DNA of 62,560 nucleotides from IMG/VR virus record IMGVR_UViG_3300011442_000003, positions 1 to 62,560 of that record. One strand, given 5' to 3'. The notes beneath the pieces are model-generated. The model was not told the DNA's origin, did no database searches, and worked only from the letters and a program-made list of their open reading frames with translations. Made by a program: the position numbers and the translations under genes. Positions within the stretch are counted from its first letter, which is position 1. Every line of letters begins with the position of its first letter. Below are positions 27,601-37,609 of this stretch, piece after piece. This stretch comes from a virus. Its lineage: Duplodnaviria; Caudoviricetes.

Positions 27601-30600
27601 GATCGAGATGCGCATTGCTCTCGCCGCCCCAGAACGCACCTTGCACGGTCTCGTCGTGCACCAGCTTGGTGAAGAAGTCCCACATAGAGCCGCCCTTGCC
27701 GTCGGGCGAGGTGCCTTCCAAACCATACTTACGCTGAAGCCGATAGGCTTCGTTGGTCAGCTTCGCGCCCTTGCTGTCGTGCATGATGCTCTCGGCACGG
27801 GCGTTTTGTCGTTGATGCAGATCAGCGTAGACGCGGCTCAGAGACTTACCCTCCATCAAAGGTCGCAGGTTGTCGGGCATCAGTTCAAGGGCGCGCTTGG
27901 CGAGGTCCGAGTGCTTCTCCGACAGGTTACCAAACAGGTAATCCATGCCCTGCCCGATCTGCATCGAGGTCTTGAAGTGCAGCATCTTGGCTGCCCAGCG
28001 TTGGGTGAACGTCGCACCCGACGCCGACATGCGGGCGGCTTGGTTGGTGATCCCCTGACGCACCTGCTGAGCAACCGGTATCCGGTAGGGGTACGACCCC
28101 GCCGTGCTTCCAGCGTTCATGTCGGCGGTTGCCTGCGCGAACCGGCTGCTGCGCGACGCCGTGATCTCGCGGGCATGCTCGGCGGCGTGCTGGTTCATTC
28201 GAACCACCGCCTCGATGACCGTCATCTTGGGGCGCGAGATGTTCAACGCCCGCATGATCAGGCCGACGAACGCCTTCGCCATGTTCATCGGCGTGGTCGC
28301 CTTGGGCAGGCCCTGTATGTAGGCAACCACGGCGTCGGGCGCTTGCATCCCCGCCATCTCGTCGAACAGCTTGCCGCCCTTGATCGCGTCGGCGGCGAAC
28401 TCGTAGACATCGACGAACGCGTTGTGCCTCGGCATCGAGGTTTCGTCGGCAGCCTTTTCCATCAGGGCCTGCATGTGGCCCAAGAACACCGGATCGTTGT
28501 CGAGCTTCTTGGTCGTGGCGGCGTGGCCGTATTCGTGGGTCAGCACCTCGATCAGGAACTCGGGGTCGTTCCACGTCCGCTCGGGGATCAGGATCTTGCC
28601 CTGCGTCGCCTGACCAGCTTTCTGCGATGGCGTCTCGTGATAGACGCCGCCGACAGTGTCACCGTCCTCGTTAAACAACCGCGCGACGATCTCGTTCCAG
28701 TGCGCGTCGCTCACCACCTCGGTCCTGATGTGCGGCACCGCGCTGCGCATGGTCTGCGCCCACTCGATCAGGTGCTTATGGTACTGGTGGTCGCCCGGCT
28801 GCTCCTCGGGCTCGCGCAGCTTCTGCTGGAAGTGCCGGATCACGTTGGCGAGCGCCACGTGCCCCGGCAACCGGTTCAACACCGGTACGCGCACCTTCTG
28901 GCCGATCAGGTGGTCGGGGATGTACTTGGCATGCGGGCTGGTGTTGGGATCGACCTCGGTGGTCGGCCTGCGGATCGCTTGTCCTGTGTCGTCGGGGTCG
29001 ATCTCGGTGAAGCCGTGCGCGCTGAGGCTCTCGCCAGCTTCCTTCTCGCGACCTACCCGCTCACCCTCACCAAGCCCGCTGGCCCGCGACAACTTCTCGG
29101 TGTCCGCGTCGGCACCCCGAAGGGGAGCTTCCTTCTTCTCGCCGCTCAGGTCGGGCCGCTCGTCGTCCATGCCCCGTGCGACGTTCTCGATGGGCTTGCC
29201 AGAGGCTTCGCGGCGGGCCTGCTTCTCTAATGCCGAACGCTCCTCGCGCCGCGCCCCCAGCGCGTCGAGATGCTCTGCACCACCCTTGCGCAGGAACGCC
29301 ATCGTCTCAGCGAAGTCGATGAAGTCCTGATTGATCCGTGCCGCGCGTTTTTCCCGCGCCTTGACTGTACCGGTGTCGCGCTTGGCCCAGCGTTCCAGCA
29401 TCATCTTGGTGTCGCGCAAGGCGTTCATCACGCTCTGGTTGACCTTGCCCTCCTTCGACCACACCGCCTTGCCGCCAACCTCGCCAACCTTGTCCTCGAT
29501 AGCCTTGACCAGTGCATGAGCCCGCACGATCACCCGGTTGCGTGCCCCTGCCCGTGAGCCCTTCGCGTCGTCGCTCTGCCGCAGCGCCATCACCTCCTCG
29601 GCAGCGTGCGTGTCGTGGTCCTCCGACAGGTTCTCGACGTGACCACGCGCCGCGTCGCGCACCAGCACCTCGGTCGCCTCAGTGCCTTCCTTACGCACCT
29701 CGCGCGCCTTGGCGGCACGCTTGGTGTTCGCCTCCTCAGCCCGCTTCAGCGTGGCGACCCGGTGTTCGTCCAGCAGGCGCGCGTGGATCGTCTCCACGTC
29801 GTCGACCTTCTTGAACTTGACGGGCCTGCCTGCAGCACGGTCGGCAGCGCGCTCCTCAGCACCATCCTTGACCTTCTGCGCGTGCTCAGCCTTGGCTTCC
29901 TCCATAAGACGTTCGCTGGCCTGCAGGGCGCTCTCGACAGCCTCGCCACCGCGCACAGCCGTGTCGGCTTCCTTGGTGCGCTTGCCGGTGTCGGGCTCCT
30001 TCACGCCGCTGACGCCCTCCTCGACCTTGGTGACGGTCGGCTTCTTGGGCTCGGGCTTCGCCTCGGGCTTCGGTGCTACCGTCTCGGCAGGTTTGCCGTG
30101 GACCTTCTCCCAAGCCTTTAGCGCATCGTCGAACTTCCACTGGACATCGAAGTCCTCCCGCACTGGACGGGACGACTGCTTGATCTGCTCCTGCTCGGCA
30201 GCTTCCAGCGCAGCGCGGCGCTTGGCTTTCTCGGCAACGAACTCGGGCCTGCGCTTCGCCAACTCGGCACCGACCATGTCACCGCCGAAGCGGGCATCGA
30301 CCTCTTTATCGTGTGCGCCGAAATGCTCTCGCGCCGCAGCGACCTCAGGCGTATCCGTGCCCGTCCAGCGAGGAACCTCGGGCACCACTTCAGGTGCTTT
30401 AACTGGTTCCACAACCGGAGCAGGCTCCTCGGGCGTCCTCGCTGCCTCAACAACCGGAGCCGTGTCGACGACCTTCACCTCGGGGAGAGCCTCAGGCACG
30501 ACTTCGGGCGTAACTACAGGAACCGTCTCAGGGACAACTTCAGGAGGCTTAGCCTTAGCTGCCTCGGCGGCGGCTTTCCGAGCATCGTTACGAATGTTGG

Positions 30601-32032
30601 CGAGAGCAATCTGCAGTTCGCCGTGAGTACCACCATCTGCCTTGGCCGGTGGCTTGCCAGCGTTGTGATCTGTTTTCCACTTGCCATAGGCTGCTTGGAA
30701 ACCCGCAGCGTCCATGCCCGCCTGAGTATCAGCCACCATGCGCTTGCTGAAGTCGGCCCACGTCTCGACCGGTGTAGTACGTGCCGCTGCACCGGGTGCA
30801 GGAGTTACCGCCGTGGTAACCGGAGGAGGCGCGACGACAGGAGTAGGTGTTGCACCGGGAGTAGCTCCCGGCGTCGTGCCCGGCTGGCCCTGAGCTTGTT
30901 GAACCTGTTGCTGTGCCGTCTGCGCGCCTGCCTGTTGCGCCTGCGCCGTGCCAGCTTTAACCGAGGGGCCGCCCGTGGCGCTCGCCACGTTGAGCGCCGC
31001 CGCCTGCGCCGGGTTCGGCGCGTTGCCTGCAGGGACGACTACCGCCGAGGGGTTATTCAACGCGTACAGGTCATAGAGTTCGTTAAGCTCCTCGCCGTGG
31101 CCGTACATCGCGTCGTACTGCTTGCGCGCCGTGCGGGCACCAGCGATGCCCCTCGGCGCACTCGTCGCCACGCCGAAGATGCCACCCGTGATAGCACCCT
31201 CGCCCGTGTGCTTGGCGATCTTGAGCGGCTCGTAGCCCTCCTGCGCACCGATATTGATGTCGCCGGTCTGGCGCGCTGTCTCGCCAAGGCCCGACTGCGC
31301 GCCCATCGCGCCCGCCTGCTCTGCCGCGCTGATGCCAATCGCCCTGCCCACAGGCGGCCTGATGCCAAGCGCGATGCGTTCCGTGACCGCTTTGTTGAAG
31401 CCCTTGGTGAGCCCGTGGCCGACTGCGCCGCCACCAGCACCGCCGCCGATCACGTTCAGGATGTCGGCAATCGCCGGGTGCATCGCGGCGACCAGCTTCT
31501 CGCTGGCCTCCTCGGGCGAGCCACCGCTGGCAATCACTTCCTGATACACAGGAAAGCGCGCACGATCCTCAGGCGACATATCCTCGACCCGGCGGCGCGC
31601 CTCATACTCAGCGGCACCAAAGCCCTGCCCGGCCCCCGCCAGCGTACCTCCAACAAGACCGCCCACAGGGCCGCCCACAGCGGTGCCAGCCGTCGTGCCT
31701 GCAACGAACGCAGGCAGCGCCCCAACCAGACGGGCACCTCCCTGCAGGGCGCTGCGCACAGGATGACGGAACACCGAGGTCTCGCCCTCCTCGGTGGGGA
31801 TGAACGCGGCTTTCGAAACCTCCTTGCCGGTGGGCGACATCTGCGCCTCGGCGCTGCGCTGCACGTCGCGCGTCGCCGCAGCGAACTCCTTGGCACCTAC
31901 CGCTTGACCGACTTCACCAAGGCCACCGGCAACGCTGCCTGCGAGCGTGAGCCCGGTATCCTTGAGCGTGCTGCCCCAAGTATCCGGGGGCGCTGCCGCG
32001 TCACGATCCCAGTCGTAACCCCGATAGGCCAT
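24671..32032 (-). CDS. Large internal virion / polyvalent ejection protein (HExxH and PLxRFG-like domains)
   Basis: 2453 aa; Gly/Ala-rich N-terminus, VLTHEYGH, PYMPLMRRGDY, hydrophobic C-terminal region; last of three large genes after the tail genes. Confidence 0.75.
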   Translation of the reverse strand: MAYRGYDWDRDAAAPPDTWGSTLKDTGLTLAGSVAGGLGEVGQAVGAKEFAAATRDVQRSAEAQMSPTGKEVSKAAFIPTEEGETSVFRHPVRSALQGGARLVGALPAFVAGTTAGTAVGGPVGGLVGGTLAGAGQGFGAAEYEARRRVEDMSPEDRARFPVYQEVIASGGSPEEASEKLVAAMHPAIADILNVIGGGAGGGAVGHGLTKGFNKAVTERIALGIRPPVGRAIGISAAEQAGAMGAQSGLGETARQTGDINIGAQEGYEPLKIAKHTGEGAITGGIFGVATSAPRGIAGARTARKQYDAMYGHGEELNELYDLYALNNPSAVVVPAGNAPNPAQAAALNVASATGGPSVKAGTAQAQQAGAQTAQQQVQQAQGQPGTTPGATPGATPTPVVAPPPVTTAVTPAPGAAARTTPVETWADFSKRMVADTQAGMDAAGFQAAYGKWKTDHNAGKPPAKADGGTHGELQIALANIRNDARKAAAEAAKAKPPEVVPETVPVVTPEVVPEALPEVKVVDTAPVVEAARTPEEPAPVVEPVKAPEVVPEVPRWTGTDTPEVAAAREHFGAHDKEVDARFGGDMVGAELAKRRPEFVAEKAKRRAALEAAEQEQIKQSSRPVREDFDVQWKFDDALKAWEKVHGKPAETVAPKPEAKPEPKKPTVTKVEEGVSGVKEPDTGKRTKEADTAVRGGEAVESALQASERLMEEAKAEHAQKVKDGAEERAADRAAGRPVKFKKVDDVETIHARLLDEHRVATLKRAEEANTKRAAKAREVRKEGTEATEVLVRDAARGHVENLSEDHDTHAAEEVMALRQSDDAKGSRAGARNRVIVRAHALVKAIEDKVGEVGGKAVWSKEGKVNQSVMNALRDTKMMLERWAKRDTGTVKAREKRAARINQDFIDFAETMAFLRKGGAEHLDALGARREERSALEKQARREASGKPIENVARGMDDERPDLSGEKKEAPLRGADADTEKLSRASGLGEGERVGREKEAGESLSAHGFTEIDPDDTGQAIRRPTTEVDPNTSPHAKYIPDHLIGQKVRVPVLNRLPGHVALANVIRHFQQKLREPEEQPGDHQYHKHLIEWAQTMRSAVPHIRTEVVSDAHWNEIVARLFNEDGDTVGGVYHETPSQKAGQATQGKILIPERTWNDPEFLIEVLTHEYGHAATTKKLDNDPVFLGHMQALMEKAADETSMPRHNAFVDVYEFAADAIKGGKLFDEMAGMQAPDAVVAYIQGLPKATTPMNMAKAFVGLIMRALNISRPKMTVIEAVVRMNQHAAEHAREITASRSSRFAQATADMNAGSTAGSYPYRIPVAQQVRQGITNQAARMSASGATFTQRWAAKMLHFKTSMQIGQGMDYLFGNLSEKHSDLAKRALELMPDNLRPLMEGKSLSRVYADLHQRQNARAESIMHDSKGAKLTNEAYRLQRKYGLEGTSPDGKGGSMWDFFTKLVHDETVQGAFWGGESNAHLDPKNLDHAQALAGLTEGKKRYAMLPTDLVNLRGDAHLYFKKQHKAMSDWLTDNVVDELTDAIRNAEAQKAKQAPIFDKAGIEDFKQWLRDGRPDTHANKDLYKDILNTGPEGKRLKEIRALAEIEGPYMPLMRRGDYHVTGYHELADAPGQLRRMDKAGEDYDPSNPDHVDRAHEFNTYEFADETTARPFIENSPFKAQSTGEKLVNKATNKVETVPMPKKLSAAPGAPPTFETNYGGNHQIHATRADGIKARDAFIAANYDRRIHTTMQNKDVQFHDTMTNAEMGRREMEAVKGFKVTEYGKRPYEPTGQVTDLMSREMIGVKNAMERSTGFAKLDKADQQVMRDVLAQHAIRVLGSTRVQSHRLPRKNVLGASNELGSNFADFAHSNSGYIARLEFGPHIHRVADIMQQEVKTKGTDTNAFLRSEVMNHLDARRDQVAPPNNDGLLGRSINRLLQLSFLRRLASPAFHVINSMEPYMIGLPYMAGEYGFARSMAALTKAYFDIGGRDIVWHGMKETVKALRENETMDFSDRIRNRFAGDERRMLDDIRDRGMTGREAGMELQKLDPSRTNIVGRAVDRADHVSRQMGQAIEGTNRSVMAVAAYRLAREKLGSDPNAHAKAIEKVAETLDHTMGTYDRWNAPPMFNHPLGRVALQFRKFGQRQYYLLAKMGHGMMIGDHKLENAKAMGWLMGTHFIMAGALGLPTEPVTMAVNMMNAMGLTDETSETLQNSFRETVAAAFGKEAGQFVSTGVPSLFGVDTSSRFGLNQLLGPFGAPKSRKADDLFVYFGKWLSGSGVGMSMDYLSGIGDIAAGNYGDAAYKLAPLKLAADSVKGYTNVMHGKVGPSGRAAGDQWTPAEGIVQGFGFRPSRIAEANAAKSVIYGGNQSYAKQRTELSGRWVGADNPDDKANAWAAVQRFNSQQTSANAKIQMGDLIKQERAAKRSEMEARRAGLPAGARVSKRVPEVAKHAQATYNY

Positions 32033-32033
32033 G

Positions 32034-35000
32034 TCAGCGCCCGATCAGCGACTGGATCGCGCGACCGGCGCTGCTCAGGATCCCCGGATCTTCTTCCTTG
32101 GGAACCTTCGAAGCTTCGAAGCGACGAGCGACCACATCGTTGAGAAGCTTGTACTCGGCAGGCTTGATGTGGATCTCCTTGGGGCCGTAGTTCCACACCG
32201 GCTCGCCGGGCTTCTTCTCGATGATCTGACCCTTGACGTTGCGCCTCGGGATCAGTTGCCGGATGATCACGTTGCCCGCCTCGTCGTGGCCCTTGGCGTG
32301 GAACGCCCGGAAGTTCGGGTTGGCATCGTCGAAGCCGGTCAACTGGGCGTAGACATCCGTCGCCTGATCGAGCGTCATGTTGTTGGTCAGGCCGAGTTCC
32401 ATAACCAGTTGACGATTGGTCTTGGGATCAATCACCGGCTTCACTTTGCCGTCGGGCATGGTGATCGACTGTCCAAACACCGTGTCGGCCTTCTCCTTGT
32501 CAGTCGGCTTGTAGTTGGTGATCGCGCCGTCGGCGTCATTCGCATAGGTCTGTAGCTGCTCGCCCGACAGCACCTTGCCGTGAGTTGCCTTCGCCTGATC
32601 GCGGCGTTCCTTCTCGGCAGTCGTGCGATCCAGCTTCGTGCGATCCTTGAAGGCGGCAGCACGAAGGTTCCACTCAAGCTGGTCGCGCTTGAACTTGGCA
32701 ACGTCCTCGGCGTGCTGCTTCTGAAAGGCTCGCGCCTGTTGGATAACCCCCTTGTTGCCGCTGGCGAGCATCTTCTGGATGTTCTGCCGCCAGTTCGGAT
32801 CCGGGTAATGCTCAGGATGATCGGGATCGGCACGACCGCTGGGGCGTGGGTCGTCGGGATTTGCCAGCGAGTACTCTTGCTCAACTGGTTTCTCAACCAG
32901 CTTACCATCGTGGTAAATGTCCGGGGGCGGGCTATAGGGATCAGGCGTCTCGACCAGAGGCGAGACCGCCTGAGCGGGCTCGCGCTCCTGCGGCACGAGG
33001 GACACGGCTCCCGGCGGCGCGCTGACCGACTGCTCGGGCGCGACCTTAGGCATCGGCGGCATGCCCGGCTGACCTTGGAAGAAGCCCTCGCGCGGCCCAG
33101 CAGGGCTCAGAGACACCGCTTCGGCGCGTGCAGCTTCTAGTGCCTCGGGAGAGAGGAGCGCGTCACGGTTGGTAAAAAAACCGGCAGGCGCTGCCGCCGC
33201 GCCCCCATCCTGAAAGCTCTGGACAGCAGGCACCGAGCCGCCATTGGCGTAGCCAAACGGGTTGGCGACCACGGGCGCGCCGCCACCACCGCCACCTTGG
33301 CCTCGGAGGAGAAGCTGCCTCAGTCGCTCGTCGCTCAGTTCCTGATGGCGCGCTTGGCGATCCTCGCGCGCCTCAGCACGAGCTTCCTTCATTTGCTTGC
33401 GATACGCCTCGGAGTTACGCACCCGATGCTCAAGCTCGCGATGGAACAGCGAGCCGTTGCTCATACCGGTCGCCGCCGTCCAGAGATTTTGAGGCGTATA
33501 CGACATCTTCGAAACGACCGTGCCCTTGGGGTTCACGAACTCGACGGTGTTGCCCTCGCCCTTGCGCGCGTTAAGGCCATCGGGGATGTGAATGTTGTAG
33601 CCCTCGATGATGTGGTTGGTCGCCGCGATGTGATCGCCCTTGTGCAGAGCTTCCAGCGCGCCATTGCCATAGTGCTGGAGCATCATGTTGTGATGCTGGA
33701 GTAGCTCGCCTGCGTAGGCGTCGGCCATCTTGGTGTCGCCGCGCATCTTGTAGAACTGATAACCACGCACGAGACGCTTGGCCTGCCACTGGTCGAGGTT
33801 GCTCACCTTCTCGCCGTGCTGCTGCAACGCGTGATCGATAGCCGCCACCGTCTTGGCACCACCCTTGGGGCCGCCGAAGCCCTGATGCAGCGCCATACGC
33901 CCGGCGTCACGCTGCGGGTTGGGTGCACCCGGCACAGCCGTCGTCGAGTTCTGATCGAACTCGTTCATCAGGTGGCGGTGGCCTCCTTGCAACGCCTCGT
34001 ACAAGCCGTCGTGCAGATCGATGTCCTGACCCGAGATCTGACCCGGTCGGTTGGCGTTCGCCACGTCGCGCTCAAGCTGGGTCATCGGACGACCACCAAC
34101 ACCGCCAGCGCCGGGAGCCACCGGCACCGCACCAGCGACCGCCGTAGGCACGCCCTTGGAGCCCGTCACGATGGTGCCCGGCGGGATGTTGCCCGGCCCA
34201 GCGAGGTCGGGGTCGTAGGCCGCGTTCACGTCCTGCACGGGCTTGGCAGGCGCTGCAGCCACCGTAGGAGCCGCTGCAGGGGGCGCTGCGCCGGGCGGCG
34301 GCGTGGCGACTGGCGCAGCACCCTGCCCGCCGCCCGTGCCCGACGCCGTGGTGGTCTGGGCGGGGCCGGTATTCTTGGGGGCTTGCGGGCTCGGTGCGGC
34401 GGCACGGATCGCCTCGACGGCACCGGGCGTGTTGATCGTGCGCGCCCACAGGCTGTCCGCGCCGACCACGTCGGAACCACGTCCACCCGTGACCCCCGCC
34501 AGCGGCACCGCCTCGGCAGGTGGACGTGCAGACCCACCACCAGCGGCGGGAGCCGGGGCAGGCGCGGTCGTCCCAGCAGGCTTAGCAACGGAGCCGGGCG
34601 GTGCCCGAGCTTCGGCTTCGTAGCGCGCCGTAAGCTCCTTGGTCTTGCGCTCGTTCTCCTTCAAGGCGGCTTCGTCGGCAGTCCTCTTAGCATCGGTTTT
34701 CGCTTCGAACGGGTTGGTCAGCGCACGACGCTCGTCGGCCAGCTTCCCGGCTTCGTCGTAGTAAGCCGCGTCGCGGGCGCGTGCTATCGGATCCTCGTTC
34801 CCAAAGAGCGCCCGCCGCACCAACCTGCCAGCCGCCGAACTCGTCGGCGCGGGACGGTCTGGCAACGATCCTTCGAAGTCGCTCTGCGCGCCACGCGGCG
34901 GCACAGGCGGCGGCACCCGATCCGGCAGCGACCCTTCGAAGTCGCTCTGAGGGATACCGGCCACCTTGGCGCGCACGGCATCGCCGCGTGCCTGTTCACG

Positions 35001-35729
35001 AGCCTCGATGCCCTGACGGCCACGCTCGGTGAGACCCTCCTGCTCCCACTGGCCCGACGGCGCAGGGGACGCTTCCCGTGGCACAGGCCCCAACCGACGG
35101 TTGATTTCTGCGGTGATGTTCTCCTCGATCTCCTTGGGCGTGAGCGCACCCATCTGGGGGACGCCTTCGTAGGCTGCGCTGCCTGCACCGGTCGGGTCGC
35201 CAACGCCACGATCCTGATAGAGTTCGAACGGCGCGCGACGAACGTCGCCACCGTCTTGGAAGCTGCGCACAGCGTAGCCGCCGTCGCGATAGTTACGGAT
35301 CAGGCCGCCGCGCGCACCCGACTGTTCCAGCGGCACCGCCGAGGTCTGGCTCTCACCACCTCCCAGCCCACCCCCACCATAATCAGCACCGCCGCCCCAG
35401 CTACCGCCGTCGCTGGTTACTGGCGCAGGCAGGTCGCTAGAATAAATCGGTGCAGAGGACGCTCCACCGGGCGGGATCTTCTCGTCCCACGGGTTGGGCA
35501 TGCTGCTGTGGCCGAGGATGCCGCCCGTGTTGCGATGTAACCAGTCACTAACGTCGCTGCGCGCCCCACGGATCATGCCGCCGATGCCACCGCCACCCAT
35601 GCCATGCTGACGATCAATGTCATCGTAGTTAGGACCCCTGCTGGCTCGCATCGCCTCGTTGTATTTTCGCTTCTCGGCGCGATCCAGACCAGCGTTGAGG
35701 GCGTCGGCAAAGCCCGATGCAAACGTCAT
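32034..35729 (-). CDS. Internal virion / ejection protein
   Basis: 1231 aa, low-complexity; MTFASGFADAL start; repeated [FY]xxGG motifs; position in module. Confidence 0.65.
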   Translation of the reverse strand: MTFASGFADALNAGLDRAEKRKYNEAMRASRGPNYDDIDRQHGMGGGGIGGMIRGARSDVSDWLHRNTGGILGHSSMPNPWDEKIPPGGASSAPIYSSDLPAPVTSDGGSWGGGADYGGGGLGGGESQTSAVPLEQSGARGGLIRNYRDGGYAVRSFQDGGDVRRAPFELYQDRGVGDPTGAGSAAYEGVPQMGALTPKEIEENITAEINRRLGPVPREASPAPSGQWEQEGLTERGRQGIEAREQARGDAVRAKVAGIPQSDFEGSLPDRVPPPVPPRGAQSDFEGSLPDRPAPTSSAAGRLVRRALFGNEDPIARARDAAYYDEAGKLADERRALTNPFEAKTDAKRTADEAALKENERKTKELTARYEAEARAPPGSVAKPAGTTAPAPAPAAGGGSARPPAEAVPLAGVTGGRGSDVVGADSLWARTINTPGAVEAIRAAAPSPQAPKNTGPAQTTTASGTGGGQGAAPVATPPPGAAPPAAAPTVAAAPAKPVQDVNAAYDPDLAGPGNIPPGTIVTGSKGVPTAVAGAVPVAPGAGGVGGRPMTQLERDVANANRPGQISGQDIDLHDGLYEALQGGHRHLMNEFDQNSTTAVPGAPNPQRDAGRMALHQGFGGPKGGAKTVAAIDHALQQHGEKVSNLDQWQAKRLVRGYQFYKMRGDTKMADAYAGELLQHHNMMLQHYGNGALEALHKGDHIAATNHIIEGYNIHIPDGLNARKGEGNTVEFVNPKGTVVSKMSYTPQNLWTAATGMSNGSLFHRELEHRVRNSEAYRKQMKEARAEAREDRQARHQELSDERLRQLLLRGQGGGGGGAPVVANPFGYANGGSVPAVQSFQDGGAAAAPAGFFTNRDALLSPEALEAARAEAVSLSPAGPREGFFQGQPGMPPMPKVAPEQSVSAPPGAVSLVPQEREPAQAVSPLVETPDPYSPPPDIYHDGKLVEKPVEQEYSLANPDDPRPSGRADPDHPEHYPDPNWRQNIQKMLASGNKGVIQQARAFQKQHAEDVAKFKRDQLEWNLRAAAFKDRTKLDRTTAEKERRDQAKATHGKVLSGEQLQTYANDADGAITNYKPTDKEKADTVFGQSITMPDGKVKPVIDPKTNRQLVMELGLTNNMTLDQATDVYAQLTGFDDANPNFRAFHAKGHDEAGNVIIRQLIPRRNVKGQIIEKKPGEPVWNYGPKEIHIKPAEYKLLNDVVARRFEASKVPKEEDPGILSSAGRAIQSLIGR

Positions 35730-35731
35730 AG

Positions 35732-36862
35732 CTATGCTCCCCCTTGGTGACCAAGAGGCACCGCGCTGCCGTGCAGCGAACCGGGCGACCGATAAGTCGG
35801 CGGCAGATCGAGCGCGGGCTTCATCTCCGGTTTGGCAGGCTTACCATCGGGGTTATCCCGCTTGGCACGCGCCTTCATGATCTCTTTCTGCGCCCACTCC
35901 TCGCCCTTCCACGCCATCACGTCCTTGGGGAAAATGAACTCTCCCGGTTGCACGCGCGCAGGAACGTCGTCCTCGACGCGACCACGCGACGGCGACGCAC
36001 TGAGAGGGACGGCAGAGCCGGGCTCGGGCACGTCGCCACCCTCGGCAGCCATCAGCATCGATGCAGCCGTGCCCGCCAGCTTGCCCCAGCCAGCTTGGTT
36101 GGCCGCGTTGGCGGCGTTGCGCGCGTCGGCGTTCTTGCTCTCGGCACCGAACTTCGCCATGTCGGTGTTAACCGAGCCGCTGATCGCCTGATTACCTCCT
36201 CCGAACCAGCCCAGCGCGTTGCCCAGCGCAGGTGCTTGGGCGTTGAACGTGCTGGTACCTTCCCCGATACCCGTCGCGCCGACGTTGGCACCTCCCACCG
36301 CCGTGTTGAGGCCGATACCCGCCATGGTGTTGCCGGTGCCCAGCGCCTGATTGAGCAGGTTCTGGCCCAGAGCTTCCTGAGATCTCCCCGCCTGATCCAT
36401 CGCGCCTGCCTTGCCGGTCGCCTCGGCAAGCTTGACGCCCAGATCCAGCGCGCCGCCACGACCGGTACCCGGATCGATGCCGCCAGCTTCCAGCTTGCGA
36501 TTGGCAGCGTCGCCTGCCGCCTTGAAGGCGTCGCTGACGCGCGCACCCGCCGCCCCCATGGCGGCCTTGATGCGGTCGCTCGACCCGGCACCAAGTGCAT
36601 AATCAAGCTGCACCTGCGCCGCCGGGCCGTACTTGTCGATGTAGCGTTGCATCAGCCCAGTGCCCTGTCCCATCAGGGTGGACCCTGTTTGGAAGGTCTG
36701 CGGCTGAATTTGCTTGAGGGCTTCGTCGAGCGTGGTGCCATGGGCCTTCGCCCACGCCAGCGCATCGTTCATGTTGGTCTTGGCAGAAGCGGCCTGATCG
36801 CCAAAAGCTCCCTTCGCCCAAGATAGATCAGGAGCGGCTGCAGTCTCGGCGTTGAGCGACAT
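35732..36862 (-). CDS. Internal virion / pilot-like protein
   Basis: Ala/Gly-rich; AEGGDV...DDVPARVQPGEFIFPKDV motif seen in phage ejection and tape-measure proteins. Confidence 0.65.
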   Translation of the reverse strand: MSLNAETAAAPDLSWAKGAFGDQAASAKTNMNDALAWAKAHGTTLDEALKQIQPQTFQTGSTLMGQGTGLMQRYIDKYGPAAQVQLDYALGAGSSDRIKAAMGAAGARVSDAFKAAGDAANRKLEAGGIDPGTGRGGALDLGVKLAEATGKAGAMDQAGRSQEALGQNLLNQALGTGNTMAGIGLNTAVGGANVGATGIGEGTSTFNAQAPALGNALGWFGGGNQAISGSVNTDMAKFGAESKNADARNAANAANQAGWGKLAGTAASMLMAAEGGDVPEPGSAVPLSASPSRGRVEDDVPARVQPGEFIFPKDVMAWKGEEWAQKEIMKARAKRDNPDGKPAKPEMKPALDLPPTYRSPGSLHGSAVPLGHQGGA

Positions 36863-37313
36863 TGACGTGCCTCGCGAGTAGGTCTGGCGGCACTAGGGCC
36901 AGCCACCGGCACTGCCAAGCGTACATGGAATAGATAACCAAGTCACCACCGGGGACCGCATCTCGCACAACGGTCTCGGGCACGAAGCCCAGCCCCCGAG
37001 CAAACTTGAGGGTCTCGGGTCTGGTGCTTCGCATCAGGGCCAAGACCTTCTCGACTTTTAGCTGAAGAAACACATAGCCGAAGCTCGCCACCAACAGGTG
37101 CCGGTTGAGCCAGCGAGGGTGCCACTTTGCGACGTGTATGCAGATCGAGCGTCCCAGATAGTGATCAAAAAGAAACCCGCCCATCAGGTTCCCCTGATCG
37201 TCGAGGCGGGCCATGCAGTGGTCCCAGCCCTCACCAAAAGTCGCATCGGGGTTACCCTCAGCGATCTTCACGGCAAGCGCCTTGCCATGGAACGGGTTAT
37301 CGATCACCACCAT
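36828..37313 (-). CDS. GNAT-fold acetyltransferase-like protein (podovirus internal-protein module)
   Basis: ICIHVA...FGYVFLQLKVEKV...LKFARGLGFVPE...DLVIYSM. Confidence 0.7.
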   Translation of the reverse strand: MVVIDNPFHGKALAVKIAEGNPDATFGEGWDHCMARLDDQGNLMGGFLFDHYLGRSICIHVAKWHPRWLNRHLLVASFGYVFLQLKVEKVLALMRSTRPETLKFARGLGFVPETVVRDAVPGGDLVIYSMYAWQCRWLALVPPDLLARHVNVAQRRDCSRS

Positions 37314-37348
37314 GGATCAAGTTACCACGGTGGTAACAGTTGTTTAAC

Positions 37349-37609
37349 CTAGCAGCAGCGACGACCGTGACCCTGACCGTAGCCATAGTTGTAGCCGCCA
37401 CGACCGCCGACGTTGAAGTTCAGCGACACTGGGAAGGCGGCGTACATAGGCGTTGGTGCGTAGTAGACCGGCTGCGGTGCGTAGGCGTAGACCGGCGTGG
37501 GCTGGTAGTACTGCTGCGGCTGAGCATACACCTGCTGCGGGTAGTAGGCAGGCTGGGCTACATAACCCGCCTGACAGAGCGCAAACGCCAGAACGAGACA
37601 TCCAATCAT
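37349..37609 (-). CDS. Putative secreted Tyr/Pro/Gln-repeat protein
   Basis: Hydrophobic N-terminus, PVYYAP-type repeats, Gly/Tyr tail ending RRCC; GGAGG SD. Confidence 0.6.
   Translation of the reverse strand: MIGCLVLAFALCQAGYVAQPAYYPQQVYAQPQQYYQPTPVYAYAPQPVYYAPTPMYAAFPVSLNFNVGGRGGYNYGYGQGHGRRCC

Noticed and set aside
34855-34950. Short direct repeat encoding QSDFEGSLPDR twice
   Set aside because: Ordinary small intragenic duplication in a low-complexity protein
27476-35540. Long + strand ORFs (e.g. 27476-29230, 30311-32143, 33816-35540)
   Set aside because: Antisense shadows of GC-rich - strand genes; Arg-rich translations without motifs or SDs
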